Below are positions 18,872-29,616 of a stretch of 64,000 nucleotides of DNA, one piece after another. The notes beneath the pieces are model-generated. The model searched no databases, had not been told where the DNA came from, and saw nothing but the letters and a program-made list of their open reading frames with translations. The first letter of the stretch is position 1. Each line of letters starts with the position of its first letter. The stretch is taken from assembly GCA_038251535.1 (NCBI GenBank), contig JBBSBF010000001.1, forward strand, positions 2,232 to 66,231, read 5' to 3'. The translations under genes were made by a program, and so were the position numbers. The stretch comes from Minisyncoccia bacterium (GTDB lineage Bacteria; Patescibacteriota; Minisyncoccia; Phycocordibacterales; UBA9973).

Positions 18872-19604
18872 CAGTTGTAGTCTTGGTTTCTGGGGAAACA
18901 ATGGGGGTAATACTATCGGGTATTGAAGTAGCTTCAACTTCCGTCGTGATTGCATCAACTTCTTTTGAGATGATTATTACTTCTTGGTCAGAAACTTTTT
19001 GAATGGTTGCGTCAACTGCGATGAGTGCGGCGTCGTTGTTTGATCCGTCACTGTTTTCGGTATTTTCGATGACGAGTTTATTTGCTTTGAGCGTTTCCTC
19101 GAGTGATGTAGTTGCACTGAGTGCTGCATTAGGAGCAACGGCACTGAGGGTATTGAGGTCAACTGAAAGGTTTTTGATGTGTGTATCGAGTGCTTTTTGT
19201 ACTGTTGCTTGCTTTGCCTTGGTTAAGGTCTTTGACTCTGCCAATGTTTTTATTTCGTTGACTCGATTTTCTACACGCTTTGCTCCGTAGGCAACTTTTT
19301 CTTGTGGAGTGTTCTGAAAGAAACCTTTTACTTCTTCGTTTACATTGAGTTTGAATGCGTAGAGCGGATCTCCCGGGAGGGCATTGTCAGCAACGGCAGA
19401 GATAGTCCCACCGATAAATATGAAAAACAAAAAACTCGAAAGTGCAATGCGCAAGCCGTGGTAGATGCCGCGTTGCAACAATGAATGACGATATACACTT
19501 TCTTGCTGCATGATGTGCGCAAGGTGCGCGCGTATATGACCACGCTCACTTTCGGAAAGCTTGATATCTTTTACTTGCACAAGTTGTTCAAAATTATATT
19601 TCAT
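18852..19604 (-). CDS. Putative membrane anti-sigma factor
   Basis: Immediately downstream of, and overlapping, the ECF sigma gene; single TM LSSFLFFIFIGGTIS; extracytoplasmic helical domain. Confidence 0.5.
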   Translation of the reverse strand: MKYNFEQLVQVKDIKLSESERGHIRAHLAHIMQQESVYRHSLLQRGIYHGLRIALSSFLFFIFIGGTISAVADNALPGDPLYAFKLNVNEEVKGFFQNTPQEKVAYGAKRVENRVNEIKTLAESKTLTKAKQATVQKALDTHIKNLSVDLNTLSAVAPNAALSATTSLEETLKANKLVIENTENSDGSNNDAALIAVDATIQKVSDQEVIIISKEVDAITTEVEATSIPDSITPIVSPETKTTTATPVEP

Positions 19605-20157
19605 TATATTGTTTTCGTAATTTTTTGATGATCCGGTGTATCTGCACAGTCATAGCATTTACGCTTTTGTTATACAGGAGGGCGATTTCTTCGATAGGTT
19701 TTTCTTCGGTATAGCGCAAAAAGATGATCTGGTAGCTTTCGTCATCGAGGATATCGAGGATTTTGCGGATGTCTTGAATATCATCGTTGCGCAAAATCTC
19801 GTCAGTATCTTTGTTGGACTCCGGGTCATATCCTGCCTCCATCAGCATGTCGAGAGAGCCAGCTTTTGACTTTTTGTAATAATCAATCAGCGCATTTTTG
19901 GCAGCTCTATAAAGAAACGCTTCCGGATACTCGATTTCTTTGCCGGACGAAAGATATACCCACGTTTTTGTGAATGTGTCTTGGGTAATATCAACCGCAA
20001 TAGCGCGAATACCGACGCGAAAGTATATAAAACGGAATATTGCATCTTGGTATTTCTCGACCATTGCCATGAAAACCCCTTCAATATCAGGGCCCTTTTG
20101 TATTGGATCAATCTTATCTTGTGACGATTCAGGAACTTCCACCTTACAAGTATACAC
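19594..20157 (-). CDS. ECF-type RNA polymerase sigma-70 factor
   Basis: Region 2 (FRFIYFRV) and region 4 FLRYTEEKPIEEIALLYNKSVNAMTVQIHRIIKKLR. Confidence 0.8.
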   Translation of the reverse strand: MYTCKVEVPESSQDKIDPIQKGPDIEGVFMAMVEKYQDAIFRFIYFRVGIRAIAVDITQDTFTKTWVYLSSGKEIEYPEAFLYRAAKNALIDYYKKSKAGSLDMLMEAGYDPESNKDTDEILRNDDIQDIRKILDILDDESYQIIFLRYTEEKPIEEIALLYNKSVNAMTVQIHRIIKKLRKQYNEI

Positions 20158-20217
20158 GAACTATGTTCTAAAAACCCCTCTCGTGCGTTGTGCCTTCTGA
20201 CAATGTATACTTATGGC

Positions 20218-21477
20218 ATGAAAATCAAGACCAAAACCCCTCATGTAGTTGTCGTCGGTGGCGGGTTTGCAGGTATTGAGGTAGTGAAGACACTCCGCGC
20301 AATCGATGCAACTGTTGATATTACACTTGTGACAAAAAGTCGTATTTTTGAATACTATCCCGCGCTGTATAAACTGGTCACCGGAGCTCTCCCAATAGAG
20401 GTCTCAGTACCGGTCGAAAAAATAGTTCCAAAAAACAAGGTACATATTGTCTATGCAACATATACTGCATTGGATCAGGAACGACAAGTTATAACGATCA
20501 ATGATGGAGATGATACAACGAGAGAAGTTGCGTATGACTACCTCGTGCTTGCGCTCGGAAGTGAGACCAACTTTTTCAACATCAAAGGCTTGCCCGAACT
20601 TTCGTACAGTTTCAAATCAGTTACTGCAGCGCTCGCACTGAAGCAGCATTTTTGTGAATTGTTTTCCAAAGCGCATACGATGACCAAAGAAATACTCGTC
20701 TCGATGCTCCACGTCCTTATCGTCGGTGCTGGTCCATCAGGAGTAGAGCTTGCGGGGGATTTGCGAAGTTATCTCAGTCGACTTGCGAGAGAATTTGCAG
20801 TTGATCCGGGGCTCGTCACGATTGATCTGATCGAAGCTGCAGGTAGAGTACTACCGTCTATGCCCGAAAAAGTTTCATTCATTGCAGAAGCACGGTTGCG
20901 AAAAATGGGAGTCAACATTTTTGTCAATCGAGCACTTGCTTCCCAAGAAGTCGAAGAAGTCATACTCAAAGATATGTCGATGAACTCACATACGGTGATA
21001 TGGACTGCCGGGACTCGCATCAACACCGCATATACGGCAATCCCCAATATCCAACTAGACGAACATAAACACGTCATAGTGTCAGAAACACTTTCATTAC
21101 CACACGACAATCATGTGTTTATTGCTGGAGATGGCGCGGCGACGAAGTACGGGGGACTCGCACAATCTGCGATCGAGCACGGGAAATACATCGCGATGAC
21201 GATTGACGCAACGATCAAAAATAAGAAAGTCAAACCCTTTGTACCGATCCGACCAACCTTTGTTATCCCGATCGGAGTCGACTGGGCGATTCTCAACTAC
21301 AACAACTTTGTTATGACAGGATTTATTCCCTGGATACTACGAAGTATGGCTGATTTTCGGTATTTTTTGCATATTGTGCCATTGTCGTACGTGTTTGGGG
21401 TTTTTGAACAAGGAAAAAAATACCGCAAAACACAAGGCGGATGCCCGGTACCTCCCACTGAGAAAACGATTTCATAG
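20218..21477 (+). CDS. ndh: Type II NADH dehydrogenase (NDH-2)-like FAD/NAD(P)-binding oxidoreductase
   Basis: PHVVVVGGGFAGIE...; second Rossmann ILVSMLHVLIVGAGPSGVELAG; start at MKIKTK. Confidence 0.75.
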   Translation: MKIKTKTPHVVVVGGGFAGIEVVKTLRAIDATVDITLVTKSRIFEYYPALYKLVTGALPIEVSVPVEKIVPKNKVHIVYATYTALDQERQVITINDGDDTTREVAYDYLVLALGSETNFFNIKGLPELSYSFKSVTAALALKQHFCELFSKAHTMTKEILVSMLHVLIVGAGPSGVELAGDLRSYLSRLAREFAVDPGLVTIDLIEAAGRVLPSMPEKVSFIAEARLRKMGVNIFVNRALASQEVEEVILKDMSMNSHTVIWTAGTRINTAYTAIPNIQLDEHKHVIVSETLSLPHDNHVFIAGDGAATKYGGLAQSAIEHGKYIAMTIDATIKNKKVKPFVPIRPTFVIPIGVDWAILNYNNFVMTGFIPWILRSMADFRYFLHIVPLSYVFGVFEQGKKYRKTQGGCPVPPTEKTIS

Positions 21478-21528
21478 CTATTGACTTAATTTTAAATATA
21501 TGTAGTATTGTAAAAAAATACTACAACC

Positions 21529-22605
21529 ATGAAAGTACAGTTATTTAATAAACCAAAGAAGCAAATACTTTTTGTCCGTTATTTCTTATTATGTTTCTAT
21601 CTACATCAAAAGAAAATAAATACGGAAGGAAAAAAAGCATGGCTACGGGCCATCTTTCTTCAAATCCAATACGGATTGGATATTGTCATTTTTTCATCTA
21701 CCTCCTATATTTCACACAAAACTATAACAAAAGGTAGAAAATGGGAATTTCCGAATGATCTTAATGTAGTTAGTATAGAAAAAAGAAAAGCTAATTATTG
21801 TATGCACTTTTCTTTTAACGAAAATCCGAAAGAGATACTCAATCAAGGAACCGTGTTTTATGTAAAAAAAGGACACTGGTTTATAAAAAGGTTCCCAATC
21901 GAAGAGTTTTTTCGCTCAAACAATATATTTACGTTTGAGACCAGGCCGGTAATTTCAAAAATGAGAGCACTTCCGTTAAGAGGAAGTATTGGTCCAGAAC
22001 AAAAACTAGTTATTGATTATCCAAAGGAAATTGCTGCATTAGAACTTGAGATTAAGAGATTGGAGATTAACAAGGATGAGCGCTTAAAACAATCACCACT
22101 TTCTGATGAAATAGTTGCGTTGAATGATGAGATACAAAAAGCAAAAGAACACCTCTTGTTTTTTGTAAAAAATGGCCATGTTGCATATGAATCAGTCCCT
22201 GCTTTACTTGCGCACTCAAAAATTGAGGATGCTATAGCGCATGAATATGCCAAGAAAATACGCAATCTTGATCTGAGCATTGCTCTAACAGACGCGTCAG
22301 AAATAGTCCCCACTAAGAAGGATCAACTATTTATCACCCAAACAAAAGATTTGGAGGAGCTGGTTAGAAAGAACGATGCTATGCCAGCTATTCACGTTTC
22401 AAAAAAAATAGACACTGATTTCCAGGCTTTATGCAAAAATGCACAGCAGCGCATAGAGAAAAAAGATATGTCATCCGCGAAACTATTGTTTGTTTTTTTG
22501 AAAACCAGGAAAGAAAAAGATTGGGTTTCGTTTAAGGAAAGTGTAATAATTCCCATAAACCACAATTTTTTTCGCCCCCACCGTTATGAGAGGAAAAGTT
22601 CGTAA
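21529..22605 (+). CDS. Hypothetical protein (coiled-coil region); start uncertain
   Basis: Long intact ORF, no recognisable motif; terminator at 22611. Confidence 0.4.
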   Translation: MKVQLFNKPKKQILFVRYFLLCFYLHQKKINTEGKKAWLRAIFLQIQYGLDIVIFSSTSYISHKTITKGRKWEFPNDLNVVSIEKRKANYCMHFSFNENPKEILNQGTVFYVKKGHWFIKRFPIEEFFRSNNIFTFETRPVISKMRALPLRGSIGPEQKLVIDYPKEIAALELEIKRLEINKDERLKQSPLSDEIVALNDEIQKAKEHLLFFVKNGHVAYESVPALLAHSKIEDAIAHEYAKKIRNLDLSIALTDASEIVPTKKDQLFITQTKDLEELVRKNDAMPAIHVSKKIDTDFQALCKNAQQRIEKKDMSSAKLLFVFLKTRKEKDWVSFKESVIIPINHNFFRPHRYERKSS

Positions 22606-22610
22606 CCTAG

Positions 22611-22636
22611 AGCCGCATTCACTGCGGCTTTTTTAT
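22611..22636 (+). terminator. Rho-independent terminator
   Basis: agccgca-ttcact-gcggcttttttatt. Confidence 0.7.
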
Positions 22637-22850
22637 TGTTTAATTTTTCGTAACACCATGGGTATCTTTTTAAAATCATTCATACAATGTTCGCGTAGTC
22701 GACCGTTGTACAGAGCTGCAGCAGGGAACTAACGAAGATGTATCCAATTGAATGCTGCCTTTTTTTCAGTACGGTATATAGCTCAATAAATCGAAGTTTT
22801 CCACAGTCATTATTGTAGACACACAAAAAGTATTTTATAATTTAGTAATA

Positions 22851-25800
22851 ATGAAAAAATTGAAAAGGTACGGTGTACTTTTTATTTTCTTCGCCTCACT
22901 ATCTCTTTGCCATACAAGTTCTGTTTTTGCTGCGACAATTATACAAGATGTCATTACGACAGACACAATGTGGACTAAGGACAATAGCCCCTACGTTATT
23001 TCTGGCATCGTTGACGTAAATCCAGGCGCGACGTTGTCGATACAAGCGGGAACAATTATTAAATTTGAAGATAATGCAACTATTGAAATCTTTGGTGCAA
23101 TGGCCATCATGGGTACTCAGACTGAACCAGTCTACGCTACATCAATCGCTGACGATTCTATTGGTGGAGATACAGACAATAATGGCATAACAGACCCTGC
23201 TAACATTACAAATTCATTTGTTAACTTTGCCTTTTTGTCGCCACAAGGTGTACAGAAAATGGACTATCTACACTTTAAATATGGGCAAGTTTATATTGAT
23301 AGTGGAAATCTAGATATTGCTTACTCACTATTTGAACATAGCGCTATTTCTGCAGATACATCTACTATACATATCAGCGCTACTTCTTTCTTGGATCCAG
23401 ATTTAATAGCTTTAGACGCAAACAATAATACCACGATAGTCGCTGATACAATTACTATACAAAATGGCAAAACTGATGGTGTAAATATATATGATAATAG
23501 TAGTCTTGTAATGAGTAATTCAACTATTGATACACTCTACGGTAGTGCGATTGTTGGATTTAACACATCGGCAATCACCATAAAAAATACAAATATTGAT
23601 TCAGCTGATATAGGTATTGAAATATTTAACCACACCTCTCTTGTTGCCGACAACACAACTATCGCTCATATGCAGTATGCAGGTGTAAGTGTCTATGAGA
23701 CATCAACTGCAAAGATTACAAAGAGTTTAATTACTGATACGTATGATGGTGTAGAAATATTTAACAATTCAATTGTCAATTTAGACCACGATAAAATACA
23801 AGACTCCTTAGATACGGGAATCATCAGTTTTGGCAATTATGGCAGCAATAGTATTGATATATCGAACACTGATATTTCGCAAAACTTTGTTGGTATCTAT
23901 TCCATAAATTTTACCCACATAAATACTTTTATCGATAATAGTATTTATAACAATGTTAATGGAGCTCAAACATTTGAAACAAATACTATCGATATGAAAA
24001 ATAATTGGTGGGGGGGTGTAACAGGACCAACACATCCATCCAATCTTCTCGGCACGGGGGATGTTGTCAGTGATTACATTTTATTTACCCCATGGCTAAC
24101 GATAGACCCTATTAACCCTACAGCCGTTATTCCTTTACAGTATTATGCCAAACTAGATGCTTCAGGCGTTATCAATCTCTATGAATTGCCAGATACAACA
24201 AGTCTGCTTGTGAAGACACTGCCACATGATTGGATTGTCAAAGTGCTTTCTGTTGATCCCGTGATAGCCAATGGGTCACTGTGGTACAAAGTAGAAGATC
24301 CTACAGATGGTAGCCAGATGTGGACAATTGCTGCACCAGCCTCAATCTCTACGCCTATTTATCTTCCGTATAATGAAAATAACCAAGGGGTATACCAGCA
24401 GTCTGGAGTAGATATACTGACAACCAAAGCTTCTCGCGCACAGTCGATCGTAAATGCAATTGATCATTATTATGGCAATACGAGTACTACTCCTTCAATA
24501 GATAGTTCCGATGATCACTCGCTCAAGATTTCAACACTCGTTCAAGCTGGATTTCCCAAAGAATTAATCATGGCAATTGCAGCGCAGGAAAGCGGTGGAA
24601 TTAATTTTAATAATGAGTATGTAAGTTTTGATTACGGGCATGGTGTAATGCAAGTTACACCAGATGCATATAAAAATGAAAAACCGGGTGGAAAATTTAC
24701 TAACAACAAAGAAGATAGTAGAGGCGTACTAAGTGATATACATTTAAAAAAGTGTGATGAAGTAAATTCAGATAATTATAAAAAATGTTATAAAAACACA
24801 GAAAGTTTTAATAATAAATTAAAATCATATGATAATTATCAACACGACCCAGTAAATTTTGTATACAAGCAATATACCAACACTACTCAATCAATCTTTG
24901 CAAATATCAAAGACGGGTTAGGTATTCTCAGCAGCAAATACAGACATGTCTTTGTTCACCCGTGCTCCAGTAGTGTCACTTATGGGGGAGAAGTATTTAG
25001 TTGTACAGATATTGATATGATAAAGGCAGTGTGGGGATACAACGGAGCGGTGACGACGCCGGCAAACAATTATTTGAAATTAATATCCCAAAAGCTCACA
25101 AACCTAAATGCATATTTTGCAAATCACTCATATCCCAACAGCGATCACCTGATCCAAAAGCTTGCGATCGCTAACGACAATAGAATAGAGCTCAAGGCGC
25201 ACAGCCCTATTGCTATTGAGGCGATAGATTCCCAAGGTCGTGTCACGGGATTAAACAATGCCGGTGATATGTTAAGTGATATTCCCAATTCTTATTATGA
25301 TCCTGAAGACGAGACGGCGTTGATCCTTTTCCCAGAGGATACCTATACGTATCAAGTCACTGGTGACGGTACGGGTCCGAGTTATGGATTTGATATTACT
25401 ATAGAGCGTGATAGTGCAAGTCCGCTCGTATTTCAAGCGAGCGACATTCCCATTGCTGAAGGAGAGATACATACGTTTCATATTGATGAAGCAGTGCTTG
25501 CTGCGGGAGGAAATGGCACCACGATCGATATAGACTCCGATGGCGATGGCACTCCCGAAAAGACTATTACTACCGGGGCGTTACTCAACGATACGACGCC
25601 TCCGTTGATCGACGAGACGTTGATCGCCCCAAACTATATCCTTGGCGATAAGATAAATCTCAAAAAAATAATTAGTGATAACCAAACCAAAAAAAAGAAT
25701 ATTGTCCTGTCAGCGACATGGGATATGGTGCCACTTGCCCTGACAAACAATACGATTATCCTCCCTTCAATCGGATCACACTCATTGACAATAACTGCGA

Positions 25801-26201
25801 CAGATCAGGTAGGTAATACAACAACATTAATCAAATCAATTCTGGTCACTTATATATTCAAAGGTTTTAAACCAGTGTCATTTGATACTATTTCCTTCGA
25901 TCAAAACAATAAAGTCCCTATTAGATTTAGCTTGAAATCAAAAAACGGAATAGTCATTCCACTACTTCATCCAACCCTGTCTATCGTTCGATCTGCGGAT
26001 GGGTATCATTTGCCAGTCAACCCTGATACCTTTGACGAAGATCCCAATTGCGATTCTGATGACGATTGTTTCATCAACCATCACAATAGATATAAATATG
26101 TTGTTCCGGGCAATTCGTTTCCGTCTCTTGGACAATGGATAATTACAGTTGGATTAGATGATGGGAAGAGTTATACTGCTACTGTGAATATAATTTCTTA
26201 A
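22851..26201 (+). CDS. Giant (1116 aa) secreted surface protein: parallel beta-helix repeats plus an internal lytic-transglycosylase (SLT/lysozyme-like) motif
   Basis: Signal peptide MKKLKRYGVLFIFFASLSLCHTSSVFA; repeated N/T/I-rich ~22-aa beta-helix (PbH1-like) units; IAAQESGGINFNNEYVSFDYGHGVMQVTPDAY matches the SLT E-S...G-(L/V)-M-Q signature. Confidence 0.7.
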   Translation: MKKLKRYGVLFIFFASLSLCHTSSVFAATIIQDVITTDTMWTKDNSPYVISGIVDVNPGATLSIQAGTIIKFEDNATIEIFGAMAIMGTQTEPVYATSIADDSIGGDTDNNGITDPANITNSFVNFAFLSPQGVQKMDYLHFKYGQVYIDSGNLDIAYSLFEHSAISADTSTIHISATSFLDPDLIALDANNNTTIVADTITIQNGKTDGVNIYDNSSLVMSNSTIDTLYGSAIVGFNTSAITIKNTNIDSADIGIEIFNHTSLVADNTTIAHMQYAGVSVYETSTAKITKSLITDTYDGVEIFNNSIVNLDHDKIQDSLDTGIISFGNYGSNSIDISNTDISQNFVGIYSINFTHINTFIDNSIYNNVNGAQTFETNTIDMKNNWWGGVTGPTHPSNLLGTGDVVSDYILFTPWLTIDPINPTAVIPLQYYAKLDASGVINLYELPDTTSLLVKTLPHDWIVKVLSVDPVIANGSLWYKVEDPTDGSQMWTIAAPASISTPIYLPYNENNQGVYQQSGVDILTTKASRAQSIVNAIDHYYGNTSTTPSIDSSDDHSLKISTLVQAGFPKELIMAIAAQESGGINFNNEYVSFDYGHGVMQVTPDAYKNEKPGGKFTNNKEDSRGVLSDIHLKKCDEVNSDNYKKCYKNTESFNNKLKSYDNYQHDPVNFVYKQYTNTTQSIFANIKDGLGILSSKYRHVFVHPCSSSVTYGGEVFSCTDIDMIKAVWGYNGAVTTPANNYLKLISQKLTNLNAYFANHSYPNSDHLIQKLAIANDNRIELKAHSPIAIEAIDSQGRVTGLNNAGDMLSDIPNSYYDPEDETALILFPEDTYTYQVTGDGTGPSYGFDITIERDSASPLVFQASDIPIAEGEIHTFHIDEAVLAAGGNGTTIDIDSDGDGTPEKTITTGALLNDTTPPLIDETLIAPNYILGDKINLKKIISDNQTKKKNIVLSATWDMVPLALTNNTIILPSIGSHSLTITATDQVGNTTTLIKSILVTYIFKGFKPVSFDTISFDQNNKVPIRFSLKSKNGIVIPLLHPTLSIVRSADGYHLPVNPDTFDEDPNCDSDDDCFINHHNRYKYVVPGNSFPSLGQWIITVGLDDGKSYTATVNIIS

Positions 26202-26204
26202 ATT

Positions 26205-26846
26205 ATGAAACCGAAGTACAAGACAAATTATTACATGTTGCTGTTAGTCACAATAACGGGCGCTATGTTTGTATATTTTATAATGCAAAAGATATATTTT
26301 AATACGCAAAGTAATGATGTTGTCTACGACAACATAAATATTATAAAAACTGTTGTTGTGGGTAGGATTACCAAAGGCAGTGTCGGAAACTTATCATTTT
26401 TCTATCCAAATAATTGGCATTTAACAACTGAAAATAACAGCATTGGACTTAAACCTGAATTTAAAATAAGTAATTTAAATACTGATATTTATAGCTTGGA
26501 TTTTATTGTAACTTACTTGAAAGACGATAATAAAGAAAGATTAACGACATCAGATTGGATTCAAAAAAACACAGACAGTGGAACAGGAGATCAAAAAGGA
26601 AAAGATATTGTAGTTGGAGATATTCGAATGTATCATGAATTTTATAATGACCGAACGAGCGATGAGCTCGGTTATTTTTCTCCAGTTGTACTTACAATAA
26701 CTCATGGAACCGACGTGTATGAAATATTTATGCACGAAATACCCACTGAACTAGACCCTGATCTTTCTCCTACAGATATCCAAGCCGCAAAAGAATATGA
26801 ACAAACAGTTAATCAAATTCTCCAGAGTTTTAAATTTTCTGACTAA
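26205..26846 (+). CDS. Hypothetical membrane-anchored protein
   Basis: N-terminal TM YYMLLLVTITGAMFVYFIM; no known domain. Confidence 0.45.
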   Translation: MKPKYKTNYYMLLLVTITGAMFVYFIMQKIYFNTQSNDVVYDNINIIKTVVVGRITKGSVGNLSFFYPNNWHLTTENNSIGLKPEFKISNLNTDIYSLDFIVTYLKDDNKERLTTSDWIQKNTDSGTGDQKGKDIVVGDIRMYHEFYNDRTSDELGYFSPVVLTITHGTDVYEIFMHEIPTELDPDLSPTDIQAAKEYEQTVNQILQSFKFSD

Positions 26847-27426
26847 CTATCTTTCGCATTTTTTTTAATATGAGTGGGATTTGTTTGAAATCTGAAAGGA
26901 GAGTTGCGCGCATACCGCCGTTGTAGAGTGCAGCAGCAGGATGGTAGAGGGGGAGGAAATGAGTTGTTGGGATATCGGGGAATTTTTTGAGGAGGAGTTT
27001 GCCATGAGCTGTAGAAATCTTTTCGGTCGGGAAGAAATCATTCATTGAGTGCCGTCCCAAAAAAACGATGAGTTCAGGGTTTATAAGTGCGAGTTCGGCA
27101 TGAAGCCACCCCTTACACGCATTCTTTTCTTCATCAGACGGATCTCGGTTGTCAGGCGGTCTGTATTTGACGATATTGGTGATGTACACACTGCCACGTT
27201 TGAGGTTGATTGAGGCGAGCATTTCATCGAGAAACTTACCTGCAGCACCGACAAAAGGTACTCCTGTTTGATCTTCTTTTTTTCCCGGGGCTTCTCCGAT
27301 AAACACAACTGAGGCCGCAGGGTTGCCATTTCCAAATACAGGTTGAGTAGCAGTTTTTTTGAGTTCGCAGGTATTTGTCTGTGCCCAGTGATGGTTGAGT
27401 TCGGTGAGCTCGAGTGTGGTTGCCAT
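26830..27426 (-). CDS. Uracil-DNA glycosylase, family 4
   Basis: VVFIGEAPGKKEDQTGVPFVGAAGKFLD...; HPAAALY motif. Confidence 0.85.
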   Translation of the reverse strand: MATTLELTELNHHWAQTNTCELKKTATQPVFGNGNPAASVVFIGEAPGKKEDQTGVPFVGAAGKFLDEMLASINLKRGSVYITNIVKYRPPDNRDPSDEEKNACKGWLHAELALINPELIVFLGRHSMNDFFPTEKISTAHGKLLLKKFPDIPTTHFLPLYHPAAALYNGGMRATLLSDFKQIPLILKKMRKIVSQKI

Positions 27427-27465
27427 ATGGTTTGATTATAACTCGGATTTTGCTATAGTAATCGG

Positions 27466-27768
27466 ATGTCTATCAAATCATTTTTAATCAAAAAGACACT
27501 CCAGATGAAAGGCTTGTCCAAAGAACAAGCAGAAAAGATCGCAACTGAACTCGCGGCAAATCCCGAACTCGCCAAAAGCCTCAAATCACTTGAATCCAAC
27601 CCCGAGGTCAAAGAACTCTTTGAAAAGATTCAAAAAGATATCGAGGAAAAGAAAAAAGGTGGCATGGCAGAGATGTACGCGGCAGTAGCAGTGATGGAAA
27701 AATATAAAAGTCAGATTGCTAAATATAAAGATGAACTCGCACCGTTAATGCAATTGATGAGGAAATAA
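27466..27768 (+). CDS. Hypothetical small helical protein
   Basis: 100 aa, charged/helical; no motif. Confidence 0.4.
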   Translation: MSIKSFLIKKTLQMKGLSKEQAEKIATELAANPELAKSLKSLESNPEVKELFEKIQKDIEEKKKGGMAEMYAAVAVMEKYKSQIAKYKDELAPLMQLMRK

Positions 27769-27985
27769 AAAAGAAACCCAAGATGTAGATCTCAGGTTTA
27801 AAGCGTCATTGTTGGCTGCAATATTCTGTTTAGTTGTAAGTAAATGCCAATCCGCATCGACACCCCTAGTCTTAAAGTACCTCACTTATTGGAGCAACCA
27901 GGACCAGACCAGATTCCTGTGTATTAAATATAATAATAGGTTTTTTTAATACTAAGTCAATATAGCTACTTTTCATGGACATTAT

Positions 27986-28366
27986 ATGCAACATTATGTT
28001 CGGAATAGAGTATATGGTAGGATAGGAAAAACATTTTCTATGCAAAGTAAAAAAGAGCTCTCTAGGCTTAAAAATCAAAACATCCTTGAATATATTGTAA
28101 AACACGGAGTATGGAGATTGAAAAGAGGAAGAAGGCTTTCAGCTACACTCCCAATGCCATATAATATACTCAATCCGGAAAAGGCATTTAAGGCCGCAAA
28201 AGAAATGCTAGATCATACGAAATCAAATAGAGCAAGAATGAGAATTCGACGCCAAATGTTGCTCACTGGACAAACACCACTTGAAGCAATGCTTGGTGTC
28301 CGCCCTCCAAATGAACCACCATGGCCTGGAGCACGAAGAGTTCCGCATACCACCAATTGGTATTAA
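27986..28366 (+). CDS. Hypothetical protein
   Basis: 126 aa basic protein; no motif. Confidence 0.35.
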   Translation: MQHYVRNRVYGRIGKTFSMQSKKELSRLKNQNILEYIVKHGVWRLKRGRRLSATLPMPYNILNPEKAFKAAKEMLDHTKSNRARMRIRRQMLLTGQTPLEAMLGVRPPNEPPWPGARRVPHTTNWY

Positions 28367-28433
28367 TCTACATACAGCCATCCTATAAGATGGCTTTTTT
28401 CTTTTCTTCATATTTCTGCTAGTATAAAGCTCT

Positions 28434-29423
28434 ATGAGTTTAAGTATCGGTATTGTCGGGCTTCCCAATGTGGGCAAAAGTACGCTCTTTAATGCGTTGA
28501 CCAAAAAGAGTGTGCCGGCAGAAAACTATCCCTTTTGTACGATTGATCCATCAGTCGGTATCGTTGCGGTACCCGATGAACGGCTCTGGAAGCTCTCTCA
28601 GTTGTCACACTCAGCATCGACGATCCCTGGCGCGATCGAGTTTGTCGATATCGCAGGACTTGTCGCCGGCGCGTCCAAAGGAGAGGGTTTGGGCAATAAA
28701 TTTCTCACCAACATTCGTGAAGTAGATGCGATTGCACACGTCGTGCGTGTCTTTGCAGACCCTTCAGTTATCCACGTCGCCAACACGATCGATCCGTTGA
28801 ACGACATTGGTGTCATTAATCTTGAGCTTATACTCTCTGATATGGAGATCGTATCCAAGCGCATTGGGACACTCGCAAAGGATGTGAAAAAAGGTGACAA
28901 GGGCGCACTCTCTGAGGAAGCTATTTTGAAAAAGATCGAAACAGTCCTCGAGGCAGGGCAGCTCGCAAAAGATGCGGGTATATCGACAGAGGAGCAACTC
29001 ATCATCAAATCGCTCAATCTCCTCACCCTCAAGCCGATGCTCTATGTGTTAAACACCTCTGAGGCAAATGAAAATGTCGTATTTGAAGTTCCGGGTGCAT
29101 TTGTCAAAATAGATAGCGTATTTGAGACAGGATTTGATGACCTGATAACTGAAAGCTACAAACTCCTCGGACTCGAGACATATTTTACGACAGGGGAAGA
29201 CGAGACGCGTGCGTGGACTATAGCCGTAGGAAGCACAGCCCCGATCGCAGGTACGGCGATCCACACTGATTTTAAAGACAAGTTCATACGCGCCGAAGTG
29301 GTGTACTGGAGCGATCTCCTCGAGGCGGGGAGTTATACAGAGGCAAAGGCAAAAGGAAAAGTACGGACAGAAGGCAAAGACTATATCGTCAAAGATGGAG
29401 ATGTGATTGAATTTAAGATCTAA
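28434..29423 (+). CDS. ychF: Ribosome-binding ATPase YchF (Obg-family)
   Basis: G1 IGIVGLPNVGKSTLFNALT; IEFVDIAGLVAGASKGEGLGN; C-terminal TGS-like domain. Confidence 0.85.
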   Translation: MSLSIGIVGLPNVGKSTLFNALTKKSVPAENYPFCTIDPSVGIVAVPDERLWKLSQLSHSASTIPGAIEFVDIAGLVAGASKGEGLGNKFLTNIREVDAIAHVVRVFADPSVIHVANTIDPLNDIGVINLELILSDMEIVSKRIGTLAKDVKKGDKGALSEEAILKKIETVLEAGQLAKDAGISTEEQLIIKSLNLLTLKPMLYVLNTSEANENVVFEVPGAFVKIDSVFETGFDDLITESYKLLGLETYFTTGEDETRAWTIAVGSTAPIAGTAIHTDFKDKFIRAEVVYWSDLLEAGSYTEAKAKGKVRTEGKDYIVKDGDVIEFKI

Positions 29424-29556
29424 CATACATGTATTGTTGATTTACATTCAATCACGTCGCGTAGTCATAAGCCCAGCAACGAAGCGACGCCGAGTGAATG
29501 TAAAATTTTATGGACATATGCATCAAATTTCACATATGATACAACACCTGTATTGA

Positions 29557-29585
29557 TTGACAAGTATCATAAAAGGTGCTATAAT
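29557..29585 (+). promoter_or_regulatory. Consensus sigma-70 promoter (TTGACA-17 nt-TATAAT)
   Basis: ttgaca agtatcataaaaggtgc tataat; perfect hexamers, 17-nt spacer, ~30 nt upstream of the small ORF at 29617. Confidence 0.6.
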
Positions 29586-29616
29586 AGAAGAAATTAAACC
29601 ATTAAATTCCTTGAAT

